A stretch of 64,000 nucleotides of DNA from an uncultured Solirubrobacterales bacterium (GCA_963731445.1 CAVSVJ010000002.1:232395-296394), one strand, 5' to 3'; positions 1 to 8,461 are shown, counted from the first letter of the stretch. Numbers and translations are program-made. Notes: generated from the sequence alone by a model not told the origin.

Positions 1-10
1 CGTCGGTGGC

Positions 11-35
11 AATTGTCAAGTCCTGAACATCAAGC
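11..35 (-). promoter_or_regulatory. Copy of the cassette promoter -35 region, pointing out of the left edge of the window
   Basis: aattgtcaagtcctgaacatcaagc matches 8453-8477 at 23/25 positions. It gives minus-strand TTGACA at 19-14; the -10 would lie outside the window. Confidence 0.6.
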
Positions 36-78
36 CGGACCCGATGCGATGGCGCTGAGCCTGACCTCGGCCACACGC

Positions 79-243
79 CTACAACTCGTCGAGCGAGATC
101 GACTCGCCCGCGCGGCCGCGCTGCAGCCCGAGCTGGGCGCGCTCATACGCACCGGGGATGCCGTCGAGCAGAGCGACGACGTTGGGTGCATCGGGATCGG
201 CTTCGTCGATCGCCGTGGAGAGCAGCGAGCACATATCGTGCAT
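79..243 (-). pseudogene. Probable antitoxin C-terminal remnant (54 aa)
   Basis: Manual translation MHDMCSLLSTAIDEADPDAPNVVALLDGIPGAYERAQLGLQRGRAGESISLDEL*. The ending resembles the 'G.xISLDEL' tails of RelE/ParE antitoxins. No DNA-binding N-terminus and no toxin next to it. Confidence 0.45.
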
Positions 244-246
244 AGC

Positions 247-1276
247 CTACCCCCCGTTGCCCGTCTCGGCCCTGATCGCCCGCTCGACCTCGGCGCCTGT
301 GGGCGTGAGCGTCCACGAGTTGGGCTCGCCCTTGGCGGGCCCCTCCCCCACGTTGGCGATCAAACCGAGGTGCTGCAGAGCGCGTGAGGAGCTTCGAGAT
401 CTGCCCCTGGTCGGCAACACCGGCGGTGTCGGCGATCTGGCGGTTGCTGGCGCCCGGACTCCCGGCGACGGCGGCAAGCACCCGGATGGTGCGATAGGTG
501 AGGCGCATGTCGAGCTCGCGCAGCGGGTCGACGGTGACGTGCTGCACCGCCCGAACCTTCGGCGCCGGGCGTGCCAGCTCGCGCTTGGCGGCGGCGGTCC
601 CGAGATAGGGCATGACGATCATCCCCATCAGCTGGTTGAGGAGCCCGAGGAACGCCGGCTCGCCCCCCCTGCGCGACCCCGCCCCAGCGGCGGCGCGCCG
701 CTTGAGCATGCGGGCGTGAACGACGCTGAACACGGCCCCGACGACACCCTCGGCGGTGAGCGGCGGGCGCGCGCCGGCGGCCTTGCCCTCCAGGCGCCCG
801 AGATCGACGGCCGCGATCAGCGCCTCGATCACCCCCTCGCGGTACTCGAGCGCGCGCGGCCCGGCAGAAAGCGAGTCCACGACGAGCAGCCCCCCGAGCC
901 CCGGCTCCTCATCGAGGAAGCGAAGCAGCGCGGTGAGCCCGGCCCTGATCCGCTCGCGCCACCCCCGCCCGGCCTCGTAGGCGGGCACGACCATCTCCGT
1001 AGCCCTGCCGAACGCGTGATCGAAGGCGGCAAGAAAACAGTCCTCGCGGTCCTCGAAGAGTTCATAGAACGTCCGCCTGGATACCCCCGCCCGCGCCACG
1101 ACATGCGCGACCGAGGCCTGCCCCACCCCCCGCTCCGCGGCGACCTCGACAAGCGCAAGCAGCATCCGCGAGCGCTGGATCGCGGAGACCCGCTGCTGCC
1201 CCGCCCCGGCACCGGGCGCCACCCGAGGCGCCCGGCCGGCTTCGCGAGAGCCACCCATGACCGCAGCAGCCGCCAC
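247..1276 (-). CDS. TetR/AcrR regulator with an extra C-terminal winged-HTH (cassette 1); apparent 1-nt frameshift near 379
   Basis: TetR HTH VAHVVARAGVSRRTFYELF. The C-terminus LQHLGLIANVGEGPAKGEPNSWTLT lies in another frame (ORF 247..477) and matches paralog 48694..49716. GTG start at 1276 follows GAAGGGGAAG. Confidence 0.85.
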
Positions 1277-1278
1277 CG

Positions 1279-4200
1279 CTACTTCCCCTTCTTCCTGCTG
1301 TGCTTCTTGGCCTTCTTGGCTTTGGGGCACCCTGTGACGGCGATCTTCGTGGACTGCTTGATCTGCGCGCCGTTCTGCCCGGTGAGCGTGGTCGGCATGA
1401 CGAGGCTCTGCCCGCAGAAGCTGCCCTTCGCCTTGGCCGGCAGGTTCGAGCTGAGCGCATGGTGCGGCCCCTGCGGCAGGTTCAGCTCGAACGTGCCGAT
1501 CGGCACGTCGGGGATGCTGTTGAACGCGCTCGAGGTGACCTGTCCCTTGATGTTGATGCTGCCGGTCTGCTCGACGGTGACGCCTTCGCCCTGGAGGACC
1601 ATGACGATGTCGGGAAACGCGGCGCCACCATGCGACACCAGGTAAACCGGCCCTGTCACGGGGTTGGCGAGGATCGGCGTGGTCGCCGAGGCGACCCCGA
1701 TGTCAGAGCCCGCCGGGCACGCCGCAGGGTTCGCGTCGAACACTGCGGCCAAACAGGCTTGCTGAATGGTGGGCAGCCACGATGGCAGCTGCTTCGGCAG
1801 CGTCACGGCGACCTTGCCGAGGTTCGCCTGCCCCGTGCCGCTCGTGATCTTCACGTCGAGGCTGGCGCCGTTCTTCTTGCTCGTGCGGGCCTTGGTGGTC
1901 ACCTTGAACGTGGGTTTGAACGGCAGCGTCGCGCAGTTCACGGCCTGGAAGTGACTTGAGAGCGTGGCGCCGGCGCCCTGTGTGCTCGTGATCGTCCCAC
2001 CCACGGCGAGTGGTTCGCAGTTGGTCGGGTTGAACAGGAACCCGGGGCGGTCCACTGTCACGTTCACCGTCCTTATCTGCAGCGGGATGCCTTGCAGGAT
2101 CGTGGGGAACGGGTCGCTGGTGATCGTGATCTGCGAGGTGTGTGGATCCACGTCGATCCGGGAGCGGACGACGACGGTGCCGAGGTCGAACGGCCCGGCT
2201 TTGGCGGGGATCGCGACGCTGAGCCCGAACGGCGCGCCCTTGTAGGGGCCTGTGAGATACGCCCTGCCGCCCTGTACCCACACCGGGTCCGGGCCGGCGC
2301 CGGCTGCTGCGGCGACGTGGCCGATCAGGCTCCCTTCGCCACAGGCGCCCTGCGCGGCCTGCGGTTCGGGGCACTGCGTGACGCTCTTGAGGATCCCCAG
2401 CAGTCCGGGTGGCATCTTGACTGTCAGCGCGGCGAGCTGCTGTTCGCCGTCTTGGCGGGAGAACGTGAGCGTGAACGGGCTGAACGCCCCGGCCTGCGGG
2501 GTCACGGTACCCGCCGCGAACGATGGGCTGAACCCGCCCAGCCCCGGGGTGCAGTCCACGCTGTAGGGGGTGCTCCGGCTGACGGTCTTGCCGCTCCACC
2601 CTTCGAGCGTCGATTCGACCTGGCTGGCGCCGCAAGCTGCTGGTGTGGCGAGCGCACCGTGAGGGCCGCCGAAGAGGTCGAGCTTCACACTGTCGAACGG
2701 CTGCTGGGGCAGATCGTCGAGCGTGGTGGTCAACTGGCCCGTGATGGCGTCCGCTTCGATGTGTCCCGCGACCTTGATCACCACGCCGTGCCCTTCGGCG
2801 ACGAGGTATATCGCGAGCAGCGAACCGAACGGGTTTTCGTTCTGCGCCGCGAGATACACGCTGCCCTGCAGGGCGTCTTCGAGCAGCGGCGTGTGGACTT
2901 CCGCGGTGCCGAGCTTGCTGGCGTCCGGACAGGACGGGCTCGCCGCGGAGCGCAGGTCGATCTGGGATGCGGAGCACGCCGCGAGACCGCTCGCCGCCGC
3001 GGGGTTGATGCTCAACCCGTGCGGGAGCACGACGACCGTCTTCTTCAGGTCGGACTGCGCGAGGGCGTTCGGCTCTGAGAGCGTTTCCTGGGGGATCGAG
3101 AGCGCGACGTCCGCCCCCGCGGGGCTGTCCGGCTGGCTGCTCGTCGGCAGCACGCTCAGCGATGGTGTGAAGGGCACGCCTTCGCATCCGCTCACGCCGA
3201 CCGGCGCACCCCATTCACCTGGCGCGGCGGGATAGCCCGGCAGGCCGTGGGATCGAAACGCGGCTTCCTTGAACACGCCCGGTTCGCTCCACGAGTCGAC
3301 GTGCAACGCCCACGGCAGCCCCTGGCCGGGCGCGGTGCACGCCGTCGGGTAGCGCAGGAACGCGCTCCTCGGGGCGCTGCTCGGACACGACGGGCCACCA
3401 AACGGCGGCGCAAAATAGCCGGGGCATGCGCGTTCGCTGTCGTGCGCGGGGTCGGCGGGCACACCCCAGAACGTGAAGGTCGTCCCCACCGTCGGTATCG
3501 CCTCGGATACGTCGCGCCCGAGGATCGTCACGCCGTAGTCGGAGCCGCTGCGCACACTCGCGTCCAGGAGCACGATCGTGCCCAGCACGTTGAACCCGAA
3601 TCTGGCGGGGGCGTTTGGCGTGGCGACCATGTTGAACACCGGCAGCGGACCGTACGCGCTGGGCGGCGCCTGCGGTGTGCCCAACCGCAGGAGCACCGTC
3701 CCGACCTGCGAACCCACCGGACACAAAGGCTTAGGTCCCGTTCCGGCGGAGTTCGCAAGCTGACCGACGGTGCAGCGCGCCAGCCCCGCCGGGTCTCCGC
3801 TGAGGCCCGGGGGGAGATCCACGAACGCGTCCTTCAACGGCTGCACCGGCCACAGTTCGCCGATCAGGGGCGAGGGGTTGTGCATAGTGTCGATGTCGAA
3901 CGAGCTGGAGACCTCGAAGGGGTGCCCCGCCGCCTGCGTGAACGGACCGCCCGCCGCATCGCTCACCTGCGCGTCGAACGCGTCCACCCCGAACTGCGGG
4001 AGCGCGCTCGTGAACACCGTCGGGTCAACAGCGCCCGCCGCCGGGGCGCCACCGCCGCTGACATGAAACGACGCGACACCCGACGCCGGCGCACCGGACT
4101 GCGCCTCGGCCGCGACAGACACCGTGATGCGGTGGAATTCGCCGCTTTCCATCTCGTCGGGGACCGTTTCGCTGTTATCGCTGCACTGCAGCGTGGACGC

Positions 4201-4503
4201 CGGGAACACGTTCGTGCAAGCGAGCGCCTGCCCCGGCTGGATCGCCACGCTCACACCCGTCGCCAGCACGCCCGCGGGCAGCGCCGCGGAGAACACGATC
4301 GGGTCCACCGTCCCGTCGGCCGGCGCGTCCCCGATGTTCGTCAGCTGCACCTTGTACGTGAACGCGCCACCCGGTGCGACCGTCGTGTTCGACAGCGAGT
4401 CGACCCGCCACAACGGCCCGGCGAACGCCGAGCCCACAGCGGCAGACAGCGACACACAAACCACCACAACGACAGCCACAACAGCCCTATACATGACCGA
4501 CAT
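1279..4503 (-). CDS. Large secreted protein 'B1': signal peptide, Ig/DUF11-like N-domain, four Cys-containing repeats, Lys-rich tail
   Basis: ATG at 4503 overlaps the upstream TGA (TGATG) after GGGAGGGG. Hydrophobic signal VVAVVVVVCVSLSAAVGSAFA, repeated V.LP.G..C..CP..S..G modules, C-terminus KAKKAKKHSRKKGK. Paralog at 49723..52917. Confidence 0.85.
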   Translation of the reverse strand: MSVMYRAVVAVVVVVCVSLSAAVGSAFAGPLWRVDSLSNTTVAPGGAFTYKVQLTNIGDAPADGTVDPIVFSAALPAGVLATGVSVAIQPGQALACTNVFPASTLQCSDNSETVPDEMESGEFHRITVSVAAEAQSGAPASGVASFHVSGGGAPAAGAVDPTVFTSALPQFGVDAFDAQVSDAAGGPFTQAAGHPFEVSSSFDIDTMHNPSPLIGELWPVQPLKDAFVDLPPGLSGDPAGLARCTVGQLANSAGTGPKPLCPVGSQVGTVLLRLGTPQAPPSAYGPLPVFNMVATPNAPARFGFNVLGTIVLLDASVRSGSDYGVTILGRDVSEAIPTVGTTFTFWGVPADPAHDSERACPGYFAPPFGGPSCPSSAPRSAFLRYPTACTAPGQGLPWALHVDSWSEPGVFKEAAFRSHGLPGYPAAPGEWGAPVGVSGCEGVPFTPSLSVLPTSSQPDSPAGADVALSIPQETLSEPNALAQSDLKKTVVVLPHGLSINPAAASGLAACSASQIDLRSAASPSCPDASKLGTAEVHTPLLEDALQGSVYLAAQNENPFGSLLAIYLVAEGHGVVIKVAGHIEADAITGQLTTTLDDLPQQPFDSVKLDLFGGPHGALATPAACGASQVESTLEGWSGKTVSRSTPYSVDCTPGLGGFSPSFAAGTVTPQAGAFSPFTLTFSRQDGEQQLAALTVKMPPGLLGILKSVTQCPEPQAAQGACGEGSLIGHVAAAAGAGPDPVWVQGGRAYLTGPYKGAPFGLSVAIPAKAGPFDLGTVVVRSRIDVDPHTSQITITSDPFPTILQGIPLQIRTVNVTVDRPGFLFNPTNCEPLAVGGTITSTQGAGATLSSHFQAVNCATLPFKPTFKVTTKARTSKKNGASLDVKITSGTGQANLGKVAVTLPKQLPSWLPTIQQACLAAVFDANPAACPAGSDIGVASATTPILANPVTGPVYLVSHGGAAFPDIVMVLQGEGVTVEQTGSINIKGQVTSSAFNSIPDVPIGTFELNLPQGPHHALSSNLPAKAKGSFCGQSLVMPTTLTGQNGAQIKQSTKIAVTGCPKAKKAKKHSRKKGK

Positions 4504-7500
4504 CACTTGCCCCTCCCACTCTTGAAAGCCTTCTTGGAATACTGCGCCCGCGCATGCGCTTCGCATCTCCTGCGCTGCCGTCCGTGCTTTCGCCGGCACA
4601 CCCGCAGCGCCGCCGCGAGCCTCCGCGCCCGACTCACACCCCGCACAGCAGGACGCACAACGGGCGCCGCGAGGTTCCCCCCGCTCGACACCAACGCGCT
4701 CCCGGCCACCAAAGACCCCGGCGCGCCGCCCGTGGCGCCGGGGCAACCATCCCCCGAACAAGACGCAGCGGCCGCCCGCGGTTCGGGAAACCCGCCGCCC
4801 ACCCGCGCGTCATACACATCCAGCGCCTGATCGCCGTCCCAACCAACCAGCCCCTCACGCGTAGCGAAAAACACATCACTCCCGCTCGCACTGGAATCCA
4901 GCACAAACGAAGGAGCGCTGTCCCGCCCACTGGAAATCAGGGACACCACGCCCGTCGAGGTATCGAACTCATACACATCGCTCACCCCATTCACATCCCT
5001 CGGGACAAGCGCTTCATCGGTCTGGAAGAACACCCAACGCCCGTCGTCGGAGATCATCCGGTTCAAATGTCTAGTCCGCTTGTACGCACCTCCGGTAGCA
5101 ATACCCAGAGCCGACGCAGACGCAGTTGCGGGCACACCCGACGGGTTACACGACACACACTGCAACCTCGCCGAATCCGCACTGTACACATAAAGCTCGG
5201 TACAAGATCCACCGCAACCGCTCTGGTCGTAGTCCTTTTCACCGCCGCCATTACGCGACAGCAGCCCTTCACCGCTTTCCGTTGCGAACAGCAGATGCCG
5301 CCCATCCGGTGTCACACGCGACACCCAGTCTGTCGAACCCTCATTCACCAGCGGAGAAAAACCAAGGCTCATCCGTTCGCCATTGCCTATATAGGACACC
5401 ACTCCGTTCGGACTGCCGTCGTCGTGCCAAACATATAGTCCCTTGCCTACGGTCGGCTGACCGGCGACGAGCTGACCATGCGCGGAGAAGTACACATACC
5501 GGCCATCGTCGCTTACACCAAGCACACCGTCTCCATCGCTCGATCCTGACACTTCGACACCGACCGGGCCGCGGCCGATAAACGTGAGGCGCTGACCGGC
5601 CGGCCTGGTCGTGTCATACATGAACAGCTTGCCATTGCCGTTGACCGGGGCGTCGTCGGTGAGCGCTTGGGTCGTGGTGAAGAACACTCGCGAACCATCA
5701 ACGCTGGCATTCCAGTAGATCGCGGGCTGTACCCCATTCGGGTCAAGCGCCGGTGCGCCGGTGCACGCCGGCGGCGCCTTCGGCAATTCCCCGGACACCA
5801 CAATCCCGCAGTCCGTGCGCTCCGACGCGTTCAGCTGCACCGTACTGGCATGGTCCACACGCATGTACAGCGCACCTTCAGAGCTATCGGAAGCAAGCGG
5901 GACGGTGAAGATCACCCGCGACCCATCGGCCGAGATCACATGCGGTGTGTAACGCGGCGTGCCCGCATTGCCTCCGGCGTGCTCCCCCGCCTGCGAAACC
6001 GGCGCGGGCGTCCCATCTGGCAGGATACCCGCCAACCGCACGACCCCGTGGTCGGATTCATACAGCTTTACTTCTTCACCCGACGCGTCCGCCGTCAGAT
6101 TCGCGCCCGACTCAAAGAGAACGTGCGTGAGATCCGCCGACGCACCCGCGACCGCCGGGAAGAAATAGAGCGGCTGCGGTGGCAGCGGGAGCGGCGTGCC
6201 GGTAGCTTCGCACAGCGGACAACCGCTCAGCAACGTATACGACCCCGCACCAGGCGTACGCAGATCGCTACGCAAATAGAGCTTCAGCTCTGATGTCAGA
6301 CCCGAATTGCCGGTCAGCGGTGTAAAGGACAGGAACATGCCCCGCGACAGATCAGACGAGAACTCACCTTCATATGTCGGTTCGGCTCTTAGCGCCAAGA
6401 CAAAAGGCAATGCTTCCTGCCTTGGCGTGATCCCGTGAGTCGCCCACCCACTCGTACCCGGATCCGGTTCGCTCGAGCGCACGCTCATATATTCCGCCGC
6501 GATGCCCGTTCCGTGAGAGTCACCAAACCCGATCAGGCTCGCGAAACTCACCGCACTTCCGTCCGCCGCCGCGCGCGTATGCCCGGATGAACTCAGGACA
6601 TCTCCGCCGTTCTTATCCGCCGGGGACACCATCTCGTAAGCGCGGCAGTCGGGCAGGAACTCCGAGCTCTGCTGCGCCCTCGTCTGTGCGTTGGGACACG
6701 ACGCGGACTGCGTCTTGAACACCTTATCGGGGCCGTAGCTCGTGCCGTTCGCACTGCTGACCGCAATCCGGAAGTGATACACGGTGCCGGGCTGCAGCCC
6801 TTCGAGCGCCTGACTCACACCGTGTACGGTCGCATCGGAGCCGACGCTGCCGTCCGGTACCGGGCTGCTCGCGCCGTATCCGGTGTCCGTGCCGTATTCG
6901 AAACGATAGGTAGCGGGGAACCCTTCCGGGTTGACCTGAGCACGCAGCGTGGCGCTGCTCACTTCGACGCCTTCAAAGTACTCGGCCGCCACCGCCGGGG
7001 GACTGAACACCGCCGGGCCGAACACGTCCACCCGGCCCTGCCCGTTGTCCGACACATACAGACGCCCCACCGCGGCGTCCGCCGCGACGCCGAACGACTC
7101 GCTGAACGCATTTGCGCCTTCACCGACACGGCCCAGCAGTGCCCCCGAGGAGTCATACTGCGAGACGACCGCGCCATCGTCGACGTACACATCGTCGGTA
7201 CCGGCTTCCACCGCGACCGCGTTCGCGACCGGCGCGAATTCCACACCTGCCGTTTCCGGACCGGCGGGCATCCCGAACAGCGACGCTTCGAACCTCGCCG
7301 CCGGCCCGCTGCGCCAGGTCGGACCCGCGAACACATCGCCCGCGGAGTCCGCCGCGATGTTGCAGATACCGGCGTTGCTCCCCCCCACGCTCAGCGAACC
7401 CGAGAAGTCCGCGTTGCTGACCGGGTTCACCAGCGGCGTGAAGCGATCGACGTGTTCGCGGAACAAGCCGACATACACATTCCCCGAGGAGTCGACCGCG

Positions 7501-7979
7501 ACACCGCACGATTCCGCCCACGGGCCGCCCACGCCTTCCACGCCGCTGTTCAATTCTCCGAGTTCGCTGCCATCCGCGGCGAAGATCCGCACACTGCCCC
7601 CGTGCGCGAAATAGATATCGCCCTTCGCGGGACCCGCGGAGTTATCGACCGCCAACTGGTCTTCCCCCACACCGTTACGACCGCCCACCCCCGCGACGCC
7701 CGAAATCGCATCCGCAGCCAGAGCGGTGAACGCCACAGGCGCCCCCGCCGCATTGAACTTGTAGATCTTTTCCGCGGTCTGGTCATACACATACACCACC
7801 CCCGCCGCTTCATCCACAGCGATGCTCTGCACGTTCGCGAACGAAGACCCCGCACCTTCCGGGCCAAACGACGAGACAAACTGATGCGAAAGCCCCGCCC
7901 ACGCCGAAAGGCTCGAGAACAGCACCACGGCAACCGCACACACCAAGGCCAGCAACACGGACAACCCACGCAAACGCAT
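4503..7979 (-). CDS. Large secreted protein 'A1': signal peptide, NHL-like beta-propeller, one FN3-like domain, second propeller, basic tail
   Basis: ATG at 7979 after GGAGGGGTTGGGTTTG. Repeats IAVD/VAVDSSGNVYV, the FN3-like segment SATLRAQVNPEG..YRFEYGT, LPDCRAYEMVSP.DKNG, DVYDARVGGG. Paralog at 52914..56474. Confidence 0.85.
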   Translation of the reverse strand: MRLRGLSVLLALVCAVAVVLFSSLSAWAGLSHQFVSSFGPEGAGSSFANVQSIAVDEAAGVVYVYDQTAEKIYKFNAAGAPVAFTALAADAISGVAGVGGRNGVGEDQLAVDNSAGPAKGDIYFAHGGSVRIFAADGSELGELNSGVEGVGGPWAESCGVAVDSSGNVYVGLFREHVDRFTPLVNPVSNADFSGSLSVGGSNAGICNIAADSAGDVFAGPTWRSGPAARFEASLFGMPAGPETAGVEFAPVANAVAVEAGTDDVYVDDGAVVSQYDSSGALLGRVGEGANAFSESFGVAADAAVGRLYVSDNGQGRVDVFGPAVFSPPAVAAEYFEGVEVSSATLRAQVNPEGFPATYRFEYGTDTGYGASSPVPDGSVGSDATVHGVSQALEGLQPGTVYHFRIAVSSANGTSYGPDKVFKTQSASCPNAQTRAQQSSEFLPDCRAYEMVSPADKNGGDVLSSSGHTRAAADGSAVSFASLIGFGDSHGTGIAAEYMSVRSSEPDPGTSGWATHGITPRQEALPFVLALRAEPTYEGEFSSDLSRGMFLSFTPLTGNSGLTSELKLYLRSDLRTPGAGSYTLLSGCPLCEATGTPLPLPPQPLYFFPAVAGASADLTHVLFESGANLTADASGEEVKLYESDHGVVRLAGILPDGTPAPVSQAGEHAGGNAGTPRYTPHVISADGSRVIFTVPLASDSSEGALYMRVDHASTVQLNASERTDCGIVVSGELPKAPPACTGAPALDPNGVQPAIYWNASVDGSRVFFTTTQALTDDAPVNGNGKLFMYDTTRPAGQRLTFIGRGPVGVEVSGSSDGDGVLGVSDDGRYVYFSAHGQLVAGQPTVGKGLYVWHDDGSPNGVVSYIGNGERMSLGFSPLVNEGSTDWVSRVTPDGRHLLFATESGEGLLSRNGGGEKDYDQSGCGGSCTELYVYSADSARLQCVSCNPSGVPATASASALGIATGGAYKRTRHLNRMISDDGRWVFFQTDEALVPRDVNGVSDVYEFDTSTGVVSLISSGRDSAPSFVLDSSASGSDVFFATREGLVGWDGDQALDVYDARVGGGFPEPRAAAASCSGDGCPGATGGAPGSLVAGSALVSSGGNLAAPVVRPAVRGVSRARRLAAALRVCRRKHGRQRRRCEAHARAQYSKKAFKSGRGK

Positions 7980-8014
7980 CAAACCCAACCCCTCCCGAAG
8001 AGATCGACAGAACG

Positions 8015-8037
8015 ACCGCCCGGGAGGCCCGGGCAGC
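8015..8037 (-). terminator. Terminator-like hairpin just upstream of the A1 RBS
   Basis: Minus strand GCTGCCCGGG-CCT-CCCGGGCGGT followed by CGTTCTGT. Same position as the U-tailed hairpin at 56502-56526. Confidence 0.5.
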
Positions 8038-8159
8038 ACAAAACCACCCCGGGCACCCAGCCCGAGACGGTGAAAGAACGCGGCGCGCATAACACGCGCG
8101 AGTGACCAACCCGGCCCACATGGCCGGAGCGAGCCGCCGACCAACGGCGGCGAGGAGCC

Positions 8160-8256
8160 CTAGAAGCTAACCGACCGGGCCAAGAGAGAGAGAGAGAGAG
8201 AGAGATGCCTCAGCGATGCTGAAGCATCTAGAAGGACCCCCAACCGGGGTCGCAAC
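8160..8256 (-). promoter_or_regulatory. Conserved structured leader element (two hairpins, SSR, double-stop motif), copy 1
   Basis: Nearly identical to 56580-56678. Hairpins at 8235-8251 and 8203-8229; TAGCTTCTAG at 8169-8160. Confidence 0.75.
8183..8204. repeat. (AG)11 / (CT)11 microsatellite in the cassette-1 leader
   Basis: Counted directly; the paralogous leader has 12 units. Confidence 0.95.
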
Positions 8257-8432
8257 CACTCCCATCACGTCTGTCCGAAGCGAACTCACGCGAACCTCAT
8301 CTCCCTCGTAAAACGTGCGATCACGTCCCTCTCCCAAGAAATCCCTGCCAAACGAATGCAAGCCGGCCGCAGGGGCCAGACCCGAACAAGATCCTATGTC
8401 TACAGCGCCCATGCGGACGCCATTAGAGGACC

Positions 8433-8461
8433 ACTGTAGACCGTCAGGAAATAATTGTCAA
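8433..8461 (-). promoter_or_regulatory. Sigma70-type promoter of cassette 1
   Basis: TTGACA (8461-8456), 17-nt spacer, TACAGT (8438-8433). A second TTGACA lies just upstream at about 8475-8470. Confidence 0.75.

Noticed and set aside
8160..8400. Known riboswitch (c-di-GMP, c-di-AMP, T-box, cobalamin) in the cassette leader
   Set aside because: I could not find the diagnostic consensus motifs by eye, so it is reported as an unnamed element pending an Rfam search.
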